Below, piece by piece: positions 62,801 through 64,000 of a DNA stretch of 64,000 nucleotides. The notes beneath the pieces are model-generated. The model saw only the letters and a list, made by a program, of their open reading frames with translations. It was not told the DNA's origin and ran no database searches. The stretch is taken from NCBI GenBank assembly GCA_950097015.1, contig CATNEN010000038.1, forward strand, positions 18,600,001 through 18,664,000. Reading direction: 5' to 3'. Made by a program: the position numbers and the translations under genes. The stretch comes from Macrostomum hystrix (Eukaryota > Animalia > Platyhelminthes). The number at the start of each line of letters is the position of its first letter. The first letter of the stretch is position 1.

Positions 62801-63389
62801 GGAGGAATTCAAGCTGGAGTTTTATAACACGGCCAGCGGCATGCACTGGCATGAAGAGAGCCGCCTGTTCGGGCCTTCTCGCAAGCACTGGGAGATTCTC
62901 GCCGACGACATTGAGAGATGCGCCTTCTCTGACGCGCCAGAAAGTAAGAATGGGAGACAGCAGCGAGGCTAGTGTTTTTTGCGCCAAGTTTTCTTATTCC
63001 CGCGGTAAATTGTCCTGGAAATTTTCAGACAAGGGCCTGATGAAGATTCTGGAGGAAGAAGTGCTGAACCAGAGAGGTCGTGAGCTACTCGGCTTCGACA
63101 ACATCTTCCCAGTGCTGGAGCGGCTGGTCTGTGTACACTTTGTCGCCAAGCTGCAGCCATACACGAACACATTCGTGTTGTCGGTCACCCAGGAGGTCGA
63201 CCAGACGTTGCGCACTCTCTCCGACCGCATTTTCGGCCAATTTCCTAGCCTCAACAGTCACATCAAACAGGAATTGGAGGCTATTAAGACTAAAAAGCTG
63301 AATAAAGCCCGGAAGCAGATAAACCAGATTCTGCAGGAAGAGAAGTTCATCTTCACCCAGGATAGAATCTACAAGCGAGAACTGGAGTA
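59844..63389 (+). CDS. MX: Mx-like (myxovirus-resistance) dynamin-family GTPase, at least 5 exons, 3' end probably beyond the window
   Basis: Exons 59844-60154, 61456-61647, 62140-62623, 62706-62943 and 63029-63389, phases consistent. Mx hallmarks: LRPC..LD.LR..GL...[60 protein letters not shown]...[20 protein letters not shown]. Confidence 0.88.
60190..61370. repeat. 23-bp minisatellite (AGGGTAGATAGAGGACCATTCTT) in Mx intron 1
   Basis: About 50 tandem units. Confidence 0.95.
61707..62047 (+). mobile_element. tRNA-derived SINE family A, most complete copy (Mx intron 2)
   Basis: A box TGGCAGAGCGG, B box GCTCGATTCC, central hairpin TGTACACTGCC..GAC...GTCAGGGCAGATGTACACA, (GT)-rich segment; 4 copies in the window. 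Confidence 0.8.
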
Positions 63390-63407
63390 GTAAGCTTCGT
63401 GTTCAAG

Positions 63408-63600
63408 GTGGGGGAGTGGCAGAGCAGTTATGTACCTTCTGGCGCCAATGTCCCTGAGCTCGTTTCTGCAGGCGTGTCGTGCCATTTTTCGCACTCGATC
63501 GATGGCCAACCTCCAAGGCACAGTGAGAGTGCAGTACACTGCCTGACGATGAGATGGTCAGGCCAGATAGATTTACATATACCTTTGTGAGTGTGTTCCA
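63408..63600 (+). mobile_element. tRNA-derived SINE family A, truncated copy (Mx intron 5)
   Basis: A box TGGCAGAGCAG and the shared AACCTCCAAGGCACAGTGAGAGTG...CTGCCTGACGATGAG core. Confidence 0.7.
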
Positions 63601-64000
63601 GTGCCCACAGCCCTCATACAAATAATATAGCCGCATGCTTTCTTAGAGAAGTTTACAAACTAATTCTTAGGAGATACTATAAAAATGGCAACACGATACA
63701 ATTGGTCTTGCTTTGGTTTGCTTTGGCCTCAGTGCTTGGACATTTTAGAAGAGGCAGAATAGAGCACAGATTAAATATCCACTAGATGTGTCACTTACCC
63801 CGTTTCCGCTCGCTGGCTGCCACAAAGACCCAACCTTTTGGCCATAGACTATTTGTCTGCGAGTTGTTTACCAAGCTGTCGTGTTTATAAACTTAAAAAC
63901 AGTTGAGTCAGCTTTAAAAGTTGTGAATATATTTAAGCGGGAAGTGTTAAGCAGAAGTGTCTATGGCCAAACCTCTGGATTTTCGTGGGCGGAAGAATCT

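Noticed and set aside
63540-63565. CTGACGA...GA(A)A in SINE family A and CTGATGAAGAGAAA at ~51850 as hammerhead ribozyme cores
   Set aside because: No room for stem II, and no stems I/III with a UH cleavage site; in the SINE the CTGAC pairs with GTCAG as a simple hairpin.

Overview
Eukaryotic (animal) genomic DNA with GT-AG introns, GC-richer exons and a different minisatellite in most long introns. The style resembles a Macrostomum-type flatworm, but that is an inference. Genes were rebuilt by hand from splice sites: the start of a membrane protein (-, truncated), an innexin (+, 3 exons), AK3 (-, 3 exons), RIOK3 (-, 5 exons), TBC1D9/8-like (+, 16 exons), a coiled-coil + C-terminal death-domain protein (+, 5 exons), tRNA-Arg(ACG) and an Mx-like dynamin GTPase (+, probably running off the window). 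Mobile DNA: a 5'-truncated RT-RNase H LINE with a 14-bp TSD inside a minisatellite, three head-to-tail satellite-filled non-autonomous Helitrons (about 16 kb), two solo LTRs with TSDs, a Merlin/IS1595-type relic with TIRs, and two tRNA-derived SINE families (one CORE-like). The most unusual pattern is that neighbouring minisatellite arrays repeatedly occur as inverted, related pairs bracketing exons. The pair around exons 1-2 of the death-domain gene is exact; the pairs around the innexin, TBC1D9 and death-domain/Mx exons are diverged. All alignments were done by eye.
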